This document shows positions 8,993 to 18,837 of a stretch of 64,000 nucleotides of DNA, one piece after another (positions within the stretch are counted from its first letter, which is position 1; each line of letters begins with the position of its first letter). The notes beneath the pieces are model-generated. The model saw only the letters and a program-made list of their open reading frames with translations, was not told the DNA's origin and did no database searches. This DNA comes from Bythopirellula sp. (GTDB lineage Bacteria > Planctomycetota > Planctomycetia > Pirellulales > Lacipirellulaceae): the NCBI GenBank assembly GCA_965216565.1, contig OZ244170.1:96001-160000 (forward strand), given 5' to 3'. The position numbers and the translations under genes were made by a program.

Positions 8993-10252
8993 ATGCAGCG
9001 TACGCTTTTTCTTATCGGTCTACTGGCAATCCAGTTGAACTCAAATATAGCTTTTTCCGAGCCCGCCATTCATCCCGAAGAGGGCTTAAAGCAAGTGGAA
9101 TGGCAATATGCCCGCGCCGTTGTCTGGAAAGAGGCCTTCGTCTGCGGAAAAGTCATCAATACCAGTTCAGCAGGACAGGTAAATTTCCTGAATTTTGATG
9201 CCAGCCGTCCCGCAGAATTTACGGCCGTTATCTTCAAACGGAATTTGGATAAGTTCCCGCAGCCTCTGAAAGAACTCTACGAGGGGAAGATTGTACGAAT
9301 TAAGGGCCGGGTTCACCTCTACAAAGACCACCCGCAAATCATCGTCACCGATCCCAGCCAGATCGAGATTCTCGATGAGATGCCCGACCTCGCCAAACCG
9401 ATTGCTCCTGGCGAGGCGAAGACTGCGGTCGAAGGACAGTTGACGATCGCGACCTACAACACGCTGAATATGTTCGACGACGAGGACGATCCTTATCACG
9501 GCGACGAAGGCACTCCGGTAAAGCCGAGGAAGGAACTGCAGAGCCTCGCCCAATCGATTGAGCAATTGAATGCCGATGTGATCGCCTTCCAGGAAGTCGA
9601 GAACCGTTTTTATCTCCAGAAATTTGTCGACGTATTCCTACCAGACCTTGGCTACGGAGAAGTGGTTCACTTCGAAGGCAACGATGGTCGTGGGATCGAT
9701 GTCTGCCTGATCTCGCGTTTGCCTGTGGGAGCGGTACGTTCCTATCGGCATCTCCGCTTCCCCGGACCGCACGATACCATGCGGCGATTCAATCGAGACA
9801 TCCTCGCCGTGACGATCGAACCAAAGAACGCCGAGCCGTTCGAGGTGTGGGTCGTTCATTTGAAAAGCAACTCAGGAGGTCGCGAGTTTTCCGAACCGGT
9901 CCGAATTTCCGAGGCTGAGAAGCTACGCGATCTGCTTGATCGGGAATTGGCCAAGAACCCCGAGGCCCGTTTTATGGTGATGGGCGACTTCAACGACACC
10001 TGGGACAGCGCCACGCTCAAAACCATCGTCGGCGAGGGCTCGGGACAATTGTGGTCGGCAGCCAGCGAGTTGGGCGACGATCTGCCCGACACTTACAATC
10101 GAGGCCGATATCAATCGATGATTGATTTCATCCTCTGTTCGCCCGCCATGGCTAAAAAGTATGTGAAAGGGTCGTTCCGCGTCCTGCCTGGCTCCACAGA
10201 AACCACCGGCTCCGACCACAACCCGGTGGTGGCGAACTTCTACTTGGAATAG
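8993..10252 (+). CDS. Secreted endonuclease/exonuclease/phosphatase with N-terminal OB-fold
   Basis: Signal peptide; OB-like FLNF..FTAVIF..GKIVRIKGRV..PQI; EEP motifs TYN, QEVE, HLKS, GDFND, IDFI, SDH. Confidence 0.9.
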   Translation: MQRTLFLIGLLAIQLNSNIAFSEPAIHPEEGLKQVEWQYARAVVWKEAFVCGKVINTSSAGQVNFLNFDASRPAEFTAVIFKRNLDKFPQPLKELYEGKIVRIKGRVHLYKDHPQIIVTDPSQIEILDEMPDLAKPIAPGEAKTAVEGQLTIATYNTLNMFDDEDDPYHGDEGTPVKPRKELQSLAQSIEQLNADVIAFQEVENRFYLQKFVDVFLPDLGYGEVVHFEGNDGRGIDVCLISRLPVGAVRSYRHLRFPGPHDTMRRFNRDILAVTIEPKNAEPFEVWVVHLKSNSGGREFSEPVRISEAEKLRDLLDRELAKNPEARFMVMGDFNDTWDSATLKTIVGEGSGQLWSAASELGDDLPDTYNRGRYQSMIDFILCSPAMAKKYVKGSFRVLPGSTETTGSDHNPVVANFYLE

Positions 10253-10283
10253 CAGGCCAAGCCATCAATGGCGGTCACCCCTC

Positions 10284-10362
<79 letters not shown>

Positions 10363-10431
10363 TCGTGGGAGTTACTTTACCACAGAGGACACGGAGGGGC
10401 ACAGAGGGGGAGCTTATTCGTACCTGCGGCC

Positions 10432-10462
10432 GTAGGGTGCGTGGAGCGAAGCGCAACGCACC
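10432..10462 (+). repeat. GTAG-type REP, single copy
   Basis: GTAGGGTGCGT..ACGCACC hairpin; same family as 16463-16541. Confidence 0.7.
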
Positions 10463-10612
10463 TTGGTATCTGGGATGCGTTTAACCTCTTGCATAAAGCG
10501 CGGGCATAGAAGCACGTCGCACGGCAAAGGTAGCTCAACGGCAATCGGCTGGGGTGCAGAACCCCGTCAAGTTTTGCATTTGGCCGGGCCCTCTGCGGTG
10601 TGGAAGGGGGCT

Positions 10613-10820
10613 GGGTGAGTTTGTCTGCCGCGTCCTGGGTCTGGGTTCTCGACTCTTGTCTCACTAGATGTCAAAGAATCTACGCAGGCGGTGCCGATCT
10701 ATTTTCAATCTCGACGCGAACGAAAGCGAGAAGTATTGTTGGCCACCGATGGGCAGGGTGGGAGATCGCTTGCTGGCGCCTATTCAACTCTCAAAATGTG
10801 GAGGGAACAAAACATGCACA
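10613..10820. repeat. Diverged ~200-bp direct repeat, copy 1
   Basis: Aligns with 12634-12833; shared blocks GTCTGCCG, ACTAGATGTCAAAGAA, ACGAAAGCGAG, TTGCTGGC. Confidence 0.8.
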
Positions 10821-10825
10821 CCCGA

Positions 10826-12211
10826 TTAACACTCAGTTACGTTGACGGCTAATCCCCCTCTTGATGTTTCCTTGTACTTCGTCTTCATGTCGCGACCGGT
10901 TTCGCGCATCGTCTTAATGACTTTATCGAGAGATACAAAGTGTCTGCCGTCGCCTTGCAGCGCTAATTGGGCAGAGTTGATCGCCTTTACTGCTCCCATC
11001 GCGTTGCGTTCAATGCAAGGCACTTGAACTAGTCCTCCGACGGGATCGCATGTCAATCCAAGGTTGTGTTCCATGCCGATTTCTGCGGCGTTTTCCACTT
11101 GTTCAGGCAATCCTCCTAGCACTTCGCATAGTCCGGCTGCCGCCATCGAGCACGCGGTCCCGACTTCGCCCTGGCATCCAACTTCCGCACCAGAAATTGA
11201 AGCGTTGGTCTTAAATAGAACTCCAATTGCCGCTGCCGTGAGCAGGAATCGAACCGTGGCATCATCCTTGGAATTCGTATCGGAATCGCACGACCGGTAT
11301 TTATGGAAGTAGTGGAGCACAGCAGGAATGATCCCCGCGGCTCCATTGGTGGGCGCAGTCACTACGCGGCCTCCAGCGGCATTCTCCTCGTTGACGGCCA
11401 ATGCCCACATGTTGACCCAATCTAAGCTACTATTCTGAGCACCACTCTCGGCAATACAGTTTAGTTTGCGGAACATTGGAGCTGCGCGTCGCTTAACTTT
11501 TAGGCCACCGGGAAGCACGCCTTCTTGACGGCATCCTTGTTCGACGCATTCCTTCATCACCTTCCAGATATTGAGTAAGTCCGAACGAATCTTCTCCTCC
11601 GTTCGCCAAGATTTTTCGTTCTCAAGCATCAACGTGCTGATAGAAAATCCCGTATCGAGGCACAGTTTAAGAAGTTCATTACCGGAGGAAAAAGGAAACG
11701 GTAAGTCAGTGGACGAATCCGTAGGTGGTCCCTGCAGAACGCTATCTCCGTCCACAACGAATCCACCACCAACTGAGTAATAAGTCCGCTTAAGAAGCTC
11801 GTGGCCGGAACTGTCCCAGGAATTGAACTCCATTCCGTTCGAATGAAAATCAAGAGATTTTCTTACAAACTCAATATCTTGAACAGGATTGAACGCGATA
11901 TCATGATTGCCGATCAGCGAAAGTGCTTTTTTCTCTGTAACTGCCCTCTCTAACTGGAACAGTTCGTCTGGATCGACAGATTCGGGTAGCCAACCATGTA
12001 GCCCCCCGATCACAGCTTTGCCTGTACCATGTCCTTTTCCCGTGGCGCCGAGTGATCCGTATAGCTGGATGCTCAGTTTGCAAGTGCGTTCTAACAGTCC
12101 TTCCGTGATCAAGGCACTTACAAATTGATGTGCAGCACGCATCGGCCCAATTGTGTGGGAACTCGATGGTCCAATGCCAATTGTAAACAGGTCGAACACA
12201 CTGATGGACAA
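10826..12211 (-). CDS. sdaA: L-serine ammonia-lyase (Fe-S dependent, single chain)
   Basis: [61 protein letters not shown] start at 12211 with GAGGAG RBS. Confidence 0.96.
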   Translation of the reverse strand: MSISVFDLFTIGIGPSSSHTIGPMRAAHQFVSALITEGLLERTCKLSIQLYGSLGATGKGHGTGKAVIGGLHGWLPESVDPDELFQLERAVTEKKALSLIGNHDIAFNPVQDIEFVRKSLDFHSNGMEFNSWDSSGHELLKRTYYSVGGGFVVDGDSVLQGPPTDSSTDLPFPFSSGNELLKLCLDTGFSISTLMLENEKSWRTEEKIRSDLLNIWKVMKECVEQGCRQEGVLPGGLKVKRRAAPMFRKLNCIAESGAQNSSLDWVNMWALAVNEENAAGGRVVTAPTNGAAGIIPAVLHYFHKYRSCDSDTNSKDDATVRFLLTAAAIGVLFKTNASISGAEVGCQGEVGTACSMAAAGLCEVLGGLPEQVENAAEIGMEHNLGLTCDPVGGLVQVPCIERNAMGAVKAINSAQLALQGDGRHFVSLDKVIKTMRETGRDMKTKYKETSRGGLAVNVTEC

Positions 12212-12335
12212 TGGAGGCTCCTCAATACCAATGGGGAAGCGGAAAGCATTTGACACGTTGAGCTTTCAATGTACCACAGGTCGTAATATTCTATTGAATT
12301 GCTGCAGTCTGCTCAGTAAGACGAGTGCCATTGGC

Positions 12336-12425
12336 TGAAAATGAGGACAGGCACGCGATTGTGGCCGCGTAAGCGATCTCGACGCAGTCCATGCCCATGG
12401 CAATCGCGAGCCAGTCGTCATTTCA
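12336..12425. mobile_element. MITE/REPIN-like element type A, degenerate
   Basis: TGAAAATGAGGACAGGCACGCGATTG ... CAATCGCGAGCCAGTCGTCATTTCA imperfect IR; homologous to 24919-25009. Confidence 0.65.
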
Positions 12426-12519
12426 AGTTCATTTGACACCACAATCCTAGGAGAATAAATGGTCGTTTGTTGACGTTGGTATGTCTCTTGAATACTGGTA
12501 CTACAGTATAGAGTCGGGA

Positions 12520-12607
12520 GTCGAAAAATAGGGACTGGCTCGACGCTCGAACACGGCTTGAGCCCGAAACGCACGCAGAGTCGTCGTGCCTGTCCCTTTT
12601 TTTCGAC
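12520..12607. mobile_element. MITE/REPIN-like element type B
   Basis: GTCGAAAAATAGGGAC ... GTCCCTTTTTTTCGAC terminal IR; homologous to 24815-24902. Confidence 0.75.
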
Positions 12608-12633
12608 GGACCGCTGTTAGCCTCACTTGAACG

Positions 12634-12833
12634 GGGTGAGAAAGTCTGCCGGGTCCTCGCTCTGGACACTGGACTCTCGTCTAACTAGATGTCAAAGAAC
12701 CTGCACGGTGGGTGCCGGCTTATTTTCCAATGAGCCCAAGACGAAAGCGAGTAGAATTCTTAGCCACAGGCGAAGCAGAGCGAATGTTGCTGGCTCGTTT
12801 CGGCTTTATGTCTAGTGAAAGAAATATGCCCAC
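12634..12833. repeat. Diverged ~200-bp direct repeat, copy 2
   Basis: Aligns with 10613-10820. Confidence 0.8.
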
Positions 12834-12854
12834 GTCTTGGAGGCTCTGATAAAG

Positions 12855-13685
12855 TTATTGCGGGTTCGCCTCGGAGCTGTCCTGCAGCATTGTTCGCAGT
12901 TGAGTTACGGTTTCTTCGCTGCTCAAAATTCTCACGGTTCCGTCATTATTCACGATAAAAGAACTGATGATATGTGCCAAACTCTTAGTTTGAATATTAT
13001 CATCACCGCCTAAAGATAGAAGTTCCTCGGGCGACATATCGCGAGGCTCCATCCAATGAAAGTCAGGCCCGGTAATCCCGACAACCATAGGATCACTGCC
13101 GGCATGAAGGCGATAATGCCAGCCTTTTTTACCTCGTACCACATCATCATTTCCTATGGTCTGAACTAGTGGTAGATTTGGATTGATCACCATCACCAGG
13201 TTTGTATGGAAGTCGTTCTCATATGATGAGTGTTCGGGATGCTGATACGCCGACCTGACAACAGTAACGTCAGGAGTATCTTTATCACCGAACCCGCCTT
13301 CAGTGTAACTTTGAAGAAGAAGCTGGTTATTCGGTCCATTCCATGGCTCATCAAAATGGTAACAACTAGAAAACAAGTTTTGTTCAATATACGGGAGTAT
13401 CAAAACTCGCCAGCTGTGCATAGGCCGCCTGTTATCATCCAAGACGGATGCCGGCGGTAGGACGCCATTGTGCGAACGGTAATGATTGATACTTCGTCCA
13501 ATATGCTCTTGAGTGCTTCGCCACTGTGTTTCGCGCGCACTATTCACCGCATAACGGAAGATCACGGAGACCATTACGAAGAGGGCGCATGCACAGAAGA
13601 TCGCAATTCCCAATCGGAGAAGAGTGGGACGTACTTTGGATGAGCATCTAATATCCATTGAGATGTCCAATATAGGCTTGGTCAT
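12855..13685 (-). CDS. DUF1559-family protein
   Basis: TM followed by ARE..., LPPA, HSWRVLILPYIEQ, FDEPWNGPNN, WMEPRD; visibly AT-richer than flanks. Confidence 0.85.
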   Translation of the reverse strand: MTKPILDISMDIRCSSKVRPTLLRLGIAIFCACALFVMVSVIFRYAVNSARETQWRSTQEHIGRSINHYRSHNGVLPPASVLDDNRRPMHSWRVLILPYIEQNLFSSCYHFDEPWNGPNNQLLLQSYTEGGFGDKDTPDVTVVRSAYQHPEHSSYENDFHTNLVMVINPNLPLVQTIGNDDVVRGKKGWHYRLHAGSDPMVVGITGPDFHWMEPRDMSPEELLSLGGDDNIQTKSLAHIISSFIVNNDGTVRILSSEETVTQLRTMLQDSSEANPQ

Positions 13686-14062
13686 CTTCTCGACTACTCT
13701 AGGACATTCGGTGAAAACGTAAACGAAACACGCGATTAGGGATGAAAAGAAATTTTTTGTGTTGTCCTATCACATTGCCTGCTATTGAGGTGCGAGTGCT
13801 AACTATTCCAGTGTAATCTCTTCCAATTCTTCATAGAAGAACTTTCCGTGTCCCAATTTCCGCCCCTCTCGTCGACTTTTCGGAATGGTTGCTCGGCCAT
13901 CGGCGATGGAGTAGTCTAGCTTCTAGGGCGTTTCAACGTTGGCGTTCCGCTGTACCAAGTACATTGCGCAGTGTCTTGGCAGACACTGCCAACTAAGTGG
14001 TGGAGCGTGAATGGCAAAAGCGCTCTAGATGCTGTGTATCTACCAGTCAATGGGAGCAAACA

Positions 14063-14872
14063 GTGAGCGATTTTTTTCAACTCGACGGGCAGACGGCTAT
14101 CGTTGTTGGTGGTACGGGCGTGTTGGGCGGGGCGATGGCCGACGCGCTGGCGGATGCCGGGGCTCGGGTGGCTGTGGTGGGGCGGAGTGCTGAGCGGGGG
14201 CAGGCCCGGGTGGATGCCATTGTGGGGCAGGGCGGGAGTGCCATGTTTCAGTCGGCCGATGCGCTTGATCCCGATTCGCTCAAACAAGCCCGGGACGAAA
14301 TTACCAAGGAATTGGGCGCGCCCCACATTTTGGTGAACGCCGCCGGGGGAAATCGGCCCGCGGCCACATTGCCGCCAGGGTCCAACTTCTGCGAACTATC
14401 GACCGATGCTTGGAAAGAGGTTTTCGATTTGAATCTTGTCGGGGGTGTGTTGCTGCCGACGCAGGTATTTGCCGAGGCGATGGTGGAACGGCAGCAGGGG
14501 AGCATCATCAATATTGCATCGCTATCGGGTACGACGCCCCTGTCGCGGGTGGTGGCCTACTCGGCGGCCAAGTCGGCCGTGCTGAATCTCACGCAGTTTC
14601 TCGCCCGCGAGTGGGCGGAGCAAAAAGTGCGAGTCAACGCGTTGAGTCCCGGGTTTTTCCCGGCCGATCAAAATCGGGCGCTGCTTTACAACGACGACGG
14701 TTCGTACACGGAGCGGGGTCAGCAGATTATCGATCATACGCCGATGGGGCGGTTCGGAGAGTCGCAAGAACTGGCCGGGGCCGTGATTTGGCTGGCCTCG
14801 CAAAAAGCGTCCGGCTTTGTGACGGGACAGAATATTGTGGTAGACGGTGGTTTTTCGTCGACGACGATTTAG
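14063..14872 (+). CDS. SDR oxidoreductase, D-mannonate oxidoreductase-like
   Basis: GGTGVLG, NAAGGN, PLSRVVAYSAAK, PGFFPADQNR, HTPMGRFG; GTG start with GGAG RBS. Confidence 0.85.
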   Translation: MSDFFQLDGQTAIVVGGTGVLGGAMADALADAGARVAVVGRSAERGQARVDAIVGQGGSAMFQSADALDPDSLKQARDEITKELGAPHILVNAAGGNRPAATLPPGSNFCELSTDAWKEVFDLNLVGGVLLPTQVFAEAMVERQQGSIINIASLSGTTPLSRVVAYSAAKSAVLNLTQFLAREWAEQKVRVNALSPGFFPADQNRALLYNDDGSYTERGQQIIDHTPMGRFGESQELAGAVIWLASQKASGFVTGQNIVVDGGFSSTTI

Positions 14873-14921
14873 TTCAACATTTCGGGGAAATGTAGGAGAC
14901 ACGATCAGCAGCGATATTAGC

Positions 14922-14981
14922 TGTCATCCCGAGGTCCGCCGAGGAATCTTGCTAGATCCCTCGGCGGACCTCGGGATGACA
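14922..14981. repeat. 60-bp near-perfect palindrome (GTCATCCCG-type REPIN)
   Basis: TGTCATCCCGAGGTCCGCCGAGG ... CCTCGGCGGACCTCGGGATGACA, 23-bp perfect arms. Confidence 0.85.
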
Positions 14982-15055
14982 TGTTGCTTCGCGTTCGAGA
15001 ATTCCAACCTACATTCCCCCACGGGTTTACTTAGGACGAACTCAGAGTTTCGAAG

Positions 15056-15095
15056 CCCCCTCCCCTAGCCCCTCCCCCGCAGACGGGGGAGGGGG
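15056..15095. repeat. CCCCTC-type REP hairpin
   Basis: CCCCTCCCCTAGCCCCTCCCCC..GGGGGAGGGG; related copy at 40510-40544. Confidence 0.65.
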
Positions 15096-15123
15096 ATTTA
15101 GATTGCTGGTTTAGAGTTATCCG

Positions 15124-16431
15124 ATGGTCACGAATATTAATCAATCTGCATCCGATAGTTTTCCCATCGCGATCGATGGTGGCGAGCAGGGATTGAGTGA
15201 TGAACAGCTCGATGCGGTGGTTGCGCAGATTGCTGAGGACTGGGTGGTGGGGCCGGGAGCGAAAAAGCTGCTGCTGTTGCCGCCGGATCATACGCGGCTC
15301 TATTCTTTCGCCGGTCAGATTACTGCCAAGCTGTGGGAGCAACTCCACGAACGGGTGGAGATCGACATTTTGCCGGCGCTGGGCACGCATTTTCCCATGA
15401 GCGAGACGCAGCTACGGCTGATGTTCGGCGACAAGATTCCGCTGGAACGGTTTATCCCCCATCGCTGGCGCGACGATCTGGAAGAGCTGGGCGTATTGCC
15501 CGCGGAGTTCTTGGAGCAACTTTCCGAGGGCCGGATGAAAAGCCCGGTGACGGTGGCCGTCAACCGGCGGATTGTCAGCGGCGAGTACGATCAGGTGCTT
15601 TCCATCGGACAGGTCGTGCCGCACGAGGTGATCGGCTTTGCCAATTTTTCGAAGAATATTTGCATTGGCTGCGGTGGTGGCCAGATGCTGCATCAGTCTC
15701 ACTTTTTGGGGGCCGTCTGCGGCATCGAACAAGTGCTGGGCGAGATCGAGAACCCCGTGAGGCAGCTTGTCGACGAGGGATATTTCCGTTTCGTCGAGCC
15801 GAAGACAAAAGTCGGCTTCGTACTAACTGTGGTAGAAGATTCCAAGCAGGGTCCGCGGCTACGCGCCTTGGCAACGGGAACCGATCGCGAATGCTTTCGC
15901 TGGGCTGCCGAGTTGTCGCGGCAAGTGAATCTTACGCGGGTCGATCGGCCTTTAGAACGTTGCGTGGTTTATCTCGATCCGCGTGAGTTTTCGTCTACGT
16001 GGTTGGGCAACAAGTCGATTTATCGGACCCGCAAGGCGATGGCTGATGGCGGCGAACTGATTGTGCTGGCCCCTGCCGTGGAAACTTGTGGGGAAGATCC
16101 GGAGATCGACAAGCTGATCCGCCAGTTCGGCTATCGGGGCACCGAGGCGACCCTAGCCGCACTGGAGTCGAACGAGGAGCTGGCTGGCAATCTATCGGCT
16201 GCCGCGCACTTGATACACGGTTCTACCGAGGGTCGCTTTGAGGTGACCTACTGCACGGGCGAGGGGCTCTCTGCGGAGGAGGTCACAGCGGTGGGCTACA
16301 AACACCGACCCTACGAAGAGGCGGCTAGCGAGTTTAACATCGAGAAGCTTGCCGATGGCTGGCACGAGGGGCCCGATGGAAAGCCCTTCTACTTCATCCG
16401 CAACCCGGCCCTGGGGCTGTGGACGAGTTAG
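15124..16431 (+). CDS. Lactate racemase (LarA) superfamily protein, probable sugar-acid 2-epimerase
   Basis: PPDHTR, PALGTH, QVVPHEVIGF, KN..IG.GG, HLIHGS motifs. Confidence 0.8.
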   Translation: MVTNINQSASDSFPIAIDGGEQGLSDEQLDAVVAQIAEDWVVGPGAKKLLLLPPDHTRLYSFAGQITAKLWEQLHERVEIDILPALGTHFPMSETQLRLMFGDKIPLERFIPHRWRDDLEELGVLPAEFLEQLSEGRMKSPVTVAVNRRIVSGEYDQVLSIGQVVPHEVIGFANFSKNICIGCGGGQMLHQSHFLGAVCGIEQVLGEIENPVRQLVDEGYFRFVEPKTKVGFVLTVVEDSKQGPRLRALATGTDRECFRWAAELSRQVNLTRVDRPLERCVVYLDPREFSSTWLGNKSIYRTRKAMADGGELIVLAPAVETCGEDPEIDKLIRQFGYRGTEATLAALESNEELAGNLSAAAHLIHGSTEGRFEVTYCTGEGLSAEEVTAVGYKHRPYEEAASEFNIEKLADGWHEGPDGKPFYFIRNPALGLWTS

Positions 16432-16462
16432 TTGAGTAGCTGGCAGCGATCAGAAATTAGTC

Positions 16463-16541
16463 GTAGGGTGCGATGAAGCAACGCGCAATCGCAACATAAT
16501 CCGGTTTTCGGTGCGATTCCACTTCGTTTCATCGCACCCTA
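16463..16541. repeat. GTAG-type REP doublet (REPIN) between convergent genes
   Basis: TAGGGTGCGATGAA/TTCATCGCACCCTA 14-bp IR; flanked by direct repeat CAGCGATCAGAAAT at 16444 and 16558. Confidence 0.8.
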
Positions 16542-16589
16542 GATGTTGGGAAGCTGTCAGCGATCAGAAATCAGCAATCCAAACTCGCA

Positions 16590-17651
16590 CTACGCCATGG
16601 CGTCGAGCACGAGATCGCCGATTTCGCTGGTGGTGTAGCCCATCTTACCTGCGCTCTGGCTCTTCATCTTCTCGCTGGTGACGTGCATGATGGCGCTCAT
16701 TACCCGTTCGGCCGCATTGGTTTGGCCGGCTTGCTCTAGCAACATGCTGACCGCGTTGATGGTTGCAATCGGGTTGATCTTGCCCGTGCCCGTGTACTTG
16801 GGGGCACTGCCACCCATGGGCTCGAACATGCTGACGCCGCCTTCGTCGGGGTTGATGTTGCCGCCCGCAGCGACGCCCATTCCCCCTTGAATGATGCCGC
16901 TGAGGTCGGTGATGATATCGCCAAACATGTTGGTGGTGACGATCACGTCGTAGTATTCGGGATTCTTTACGATCCACATGCAACAGGCGTCGACGTGATT
17001 GTAGTCGGTCTCGACGTCGGGGTATTCTTCGGCGACTTCCTGGAAGGTTCGCCACCAGAGGTCGTGTCCTGTGGTGAGGACATTCGTTTTGGCGACCAGC
17101 GTCAGTCGTTTGCCTTTGGGATTGTTCCGCTTCAGGGTGTAATCGAAGGCGTACCGAATGCAGCGCTCGCAACCTTGACGCGTGTAGATGGCGGTTTGGG
17201 TGGCCACTTCGCGTGGCGTGCCTTTGTGCATGAACCCGCCGGCGCCGCAGTAAAGGTCCTCGGTATTTTCGCGGACGACCACAAAGTCGATATCGTCGGG
17301 ACCCTTGCCAGCCAGTGGGGTTTCAACACCGGGGAACAATTTCACCGGCCGGAGATTGATGTATTGATCGAGCCCAAAGCGAAGATCAAGGAGCAGCTTG
17401 CGCTCTAGGATGCCCGGGGCCACGTCGGGATGGCCGACCGCACCTAGCAGCACAGAATCGAACTGTCGAAGTTGATCCAGCCCATCCTCCGGCAGCGCTT
17501 CACCCGTTTTCAAGTAGCGGTCGCCACCCCAGTCGAGGTGGGTGAGTTCCACAGAAAAACCTTCGAGCTTGGCTGCCGATTCGAGGACTCGTACGCCTTC
17601 GGCAGCTACTTCAGGGCCAGTGCCATCGCCGCCGATTACTGCAATCTTCAT
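16590..17651 (-). CDS. leuB: 3-isopropylmalate dehydrogenase
   Basis: GGDGTGPEV, NLRPV, VRENTEDLY, KTNVL, NMFGDIITD, FEP.GGSAP. Confidence 0.85.
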   Translation of the reverse strand: MKIAVIGGDGTGPEVAAEGVRVLESAAKLEGFSVELTHLDWGGDRYLKTGEALPEDGLDQLRQFDSVLLGAVGHPDVAPGILERKLLLDLRFGLDQYINLRPVKLFPGVETPLAGKGPDDIDFVVVRENTEDLYCGAGGFMHKGTPREVATQTAIYTRQGCERCIRYAFDYTLKRNNPKGKRLTLVAKTNVLTTGHDLWWRTFQEVAEEYPDVETDYNHVDACCMWIVKNPEYYDVIVTTNMFGDIITDLSGIIQGGMGVAAGGNINPDEGGVSMFEPMGGSAPKYTGTGKINPIATINAVSMLLEQAGQTNAAERVMSAIMHVTSEKMKSQSAGKMGYTTSEIGDLVLDAMA

Positions 17652-17789
17652 AATGAATTTCGTTTAGGGTTGTAGCTTGGTGGTGGGCCAAACTAGCGAT
17701 TCTACTAGGAGCTGGGGGCCGAGGGCTAGGGGCTACAAACTCCCACCCCGAGGAGCGGAATTACAGGTTCCAGTCCGTCGCCAGAAGAT

Positions 17790-18590
17790 TTACAACACGA
17801 CGTTGCCGGCCATTCTGCGTCTCTTGACGCTCGTAATAAGCAGGCCCAAGCCTACCAGTGCAAGTGAGGCGGGCTCAGGGATGTTGATGAGTGCCACCTG
17901 GGTAAGTGTCAGCTCGGCGCCAAGGGTGCTGGTTTGGAAATCGAGCAAAATGCCATCCAGGGCGGACAAGTCGGCAGGAGGGAAGACATTCGGCGGGTTG
18001 AGCGCGTCGGGGATATCTTCGTTGATGTCCGTGAAGGGGATCAACAATCGTTGATTTGTCGCGGCAGGCAAGACGAGAGTGGCTCGACTGCCCGCTTCCG
18101 GATTGCCACCGGCATCGAGGTTGCTGAACGTGGCGATCAAGTCGTAATCGACACTCGCGGAGTAATCGATGGCAATATGCGTATCACTCGTAACATCGGG
18201 AACGGGCTCGTTAGGATCGACGACCCAGCCGATCACAAAAAATGTGGTGGCTTCGGCAGACGCATTAGCCGTAAGTTGGCCAAGGTTGGGATCGATGTCG
18301 ACGGTGAGCGAAAGGTCGGTCGGCAGAGGATTGGGCGGCGGAATTTGCGGCCCAGGCGCGATATTCAGCACTCTCGAAACGCCAAACGTGGAATTCAACG
18401 GTGCGTCAACGTGGAATCCATTTATCCCACCGAAGGTGTTGGTCACCGGATAGGAAACGCTACCGCTGATTTCAGTAAAGTCGTCGACAAGATTGCCGGC
18501 CTCAACTGGTTGAGCGGTCAGCATCAGGAGGGCCAGCGCGGCAATCGTTTTGTAAATGGCGGAGCAATTCGTAGTTTTGCAAAGTGGCAT
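17790..18590 (-). CDS. PEP-CTERM sorting domain protein
   Basis: Signal peptide; C-terminal IPEPASLALVGLGLL..KRRR; start chosen downstream of the terminator at 18649-18695. Confidence 0.85.
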   Translation of the reverse strand: MPLCKTTNCSAIYKTIAALALLMLTAQPVEAGNLVDDFTEISGSVSYPVTNTFGGINGFHVDAPLNSTFGVSRVLNIAPGPQIPPPNPLPTDLSLTVDIDPNLGQLTANASAEATTFFVIGWVVDPNEPVPDVTSDTHIAIDYSASVDYDLIATFSNLDAGGNPEAGSRATLVLPAATNQRLLIPFTDINEDIPDALNPPNVFPPADLSALDGILLDFQTSTLGAELTLTQVALINIPEPASLALVGLGLLITSVKRRRMAGNVVL

Positions 18591-18648
18591 CGGGTAATCC
18601 TGAATGGGTTGCGTGTGCAGTGCAGAGTTTGCCCAGTATCCAGCCAAT

Positions 18649-18695
18649 AAAAAAACGCCAAACCTCCGTGTGCTGAGCACGGAAACTTGGCGTTT
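18649..18695 (-). terminator. Intrinsic terminator downstream of miaE
   Basis: AAACGCCAA..TCCGTG/CACGGA..TTGGCGTTT stem followed by a T-run on the minus strand. Confidence 0.65.
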
Positions 18696-18837
18696 GTTAA
18701 AAGCTAGATTAGTTCTTACCTACTGGGTGCGAATGAATTGGTGCTTAGTATAAGAGTCTAAGGTTGCTATGCAAGAAAAAACTCAGCAAAATCGAGGCGA
18801 AACGATCTATCACCAAGTGGCGTTTGATCTTAGGTCA

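Noticed and set aside
12266..12669. Short ORFs upstream of sdaA
   Set aside because: They run through the inverted-repeat elements
18591..18680. Longer N-terminus for the PEP-CTERM gene
   Set aside because: Would cross a terminator hairpin; the ATG at 18590 gives a plausible signal peptide
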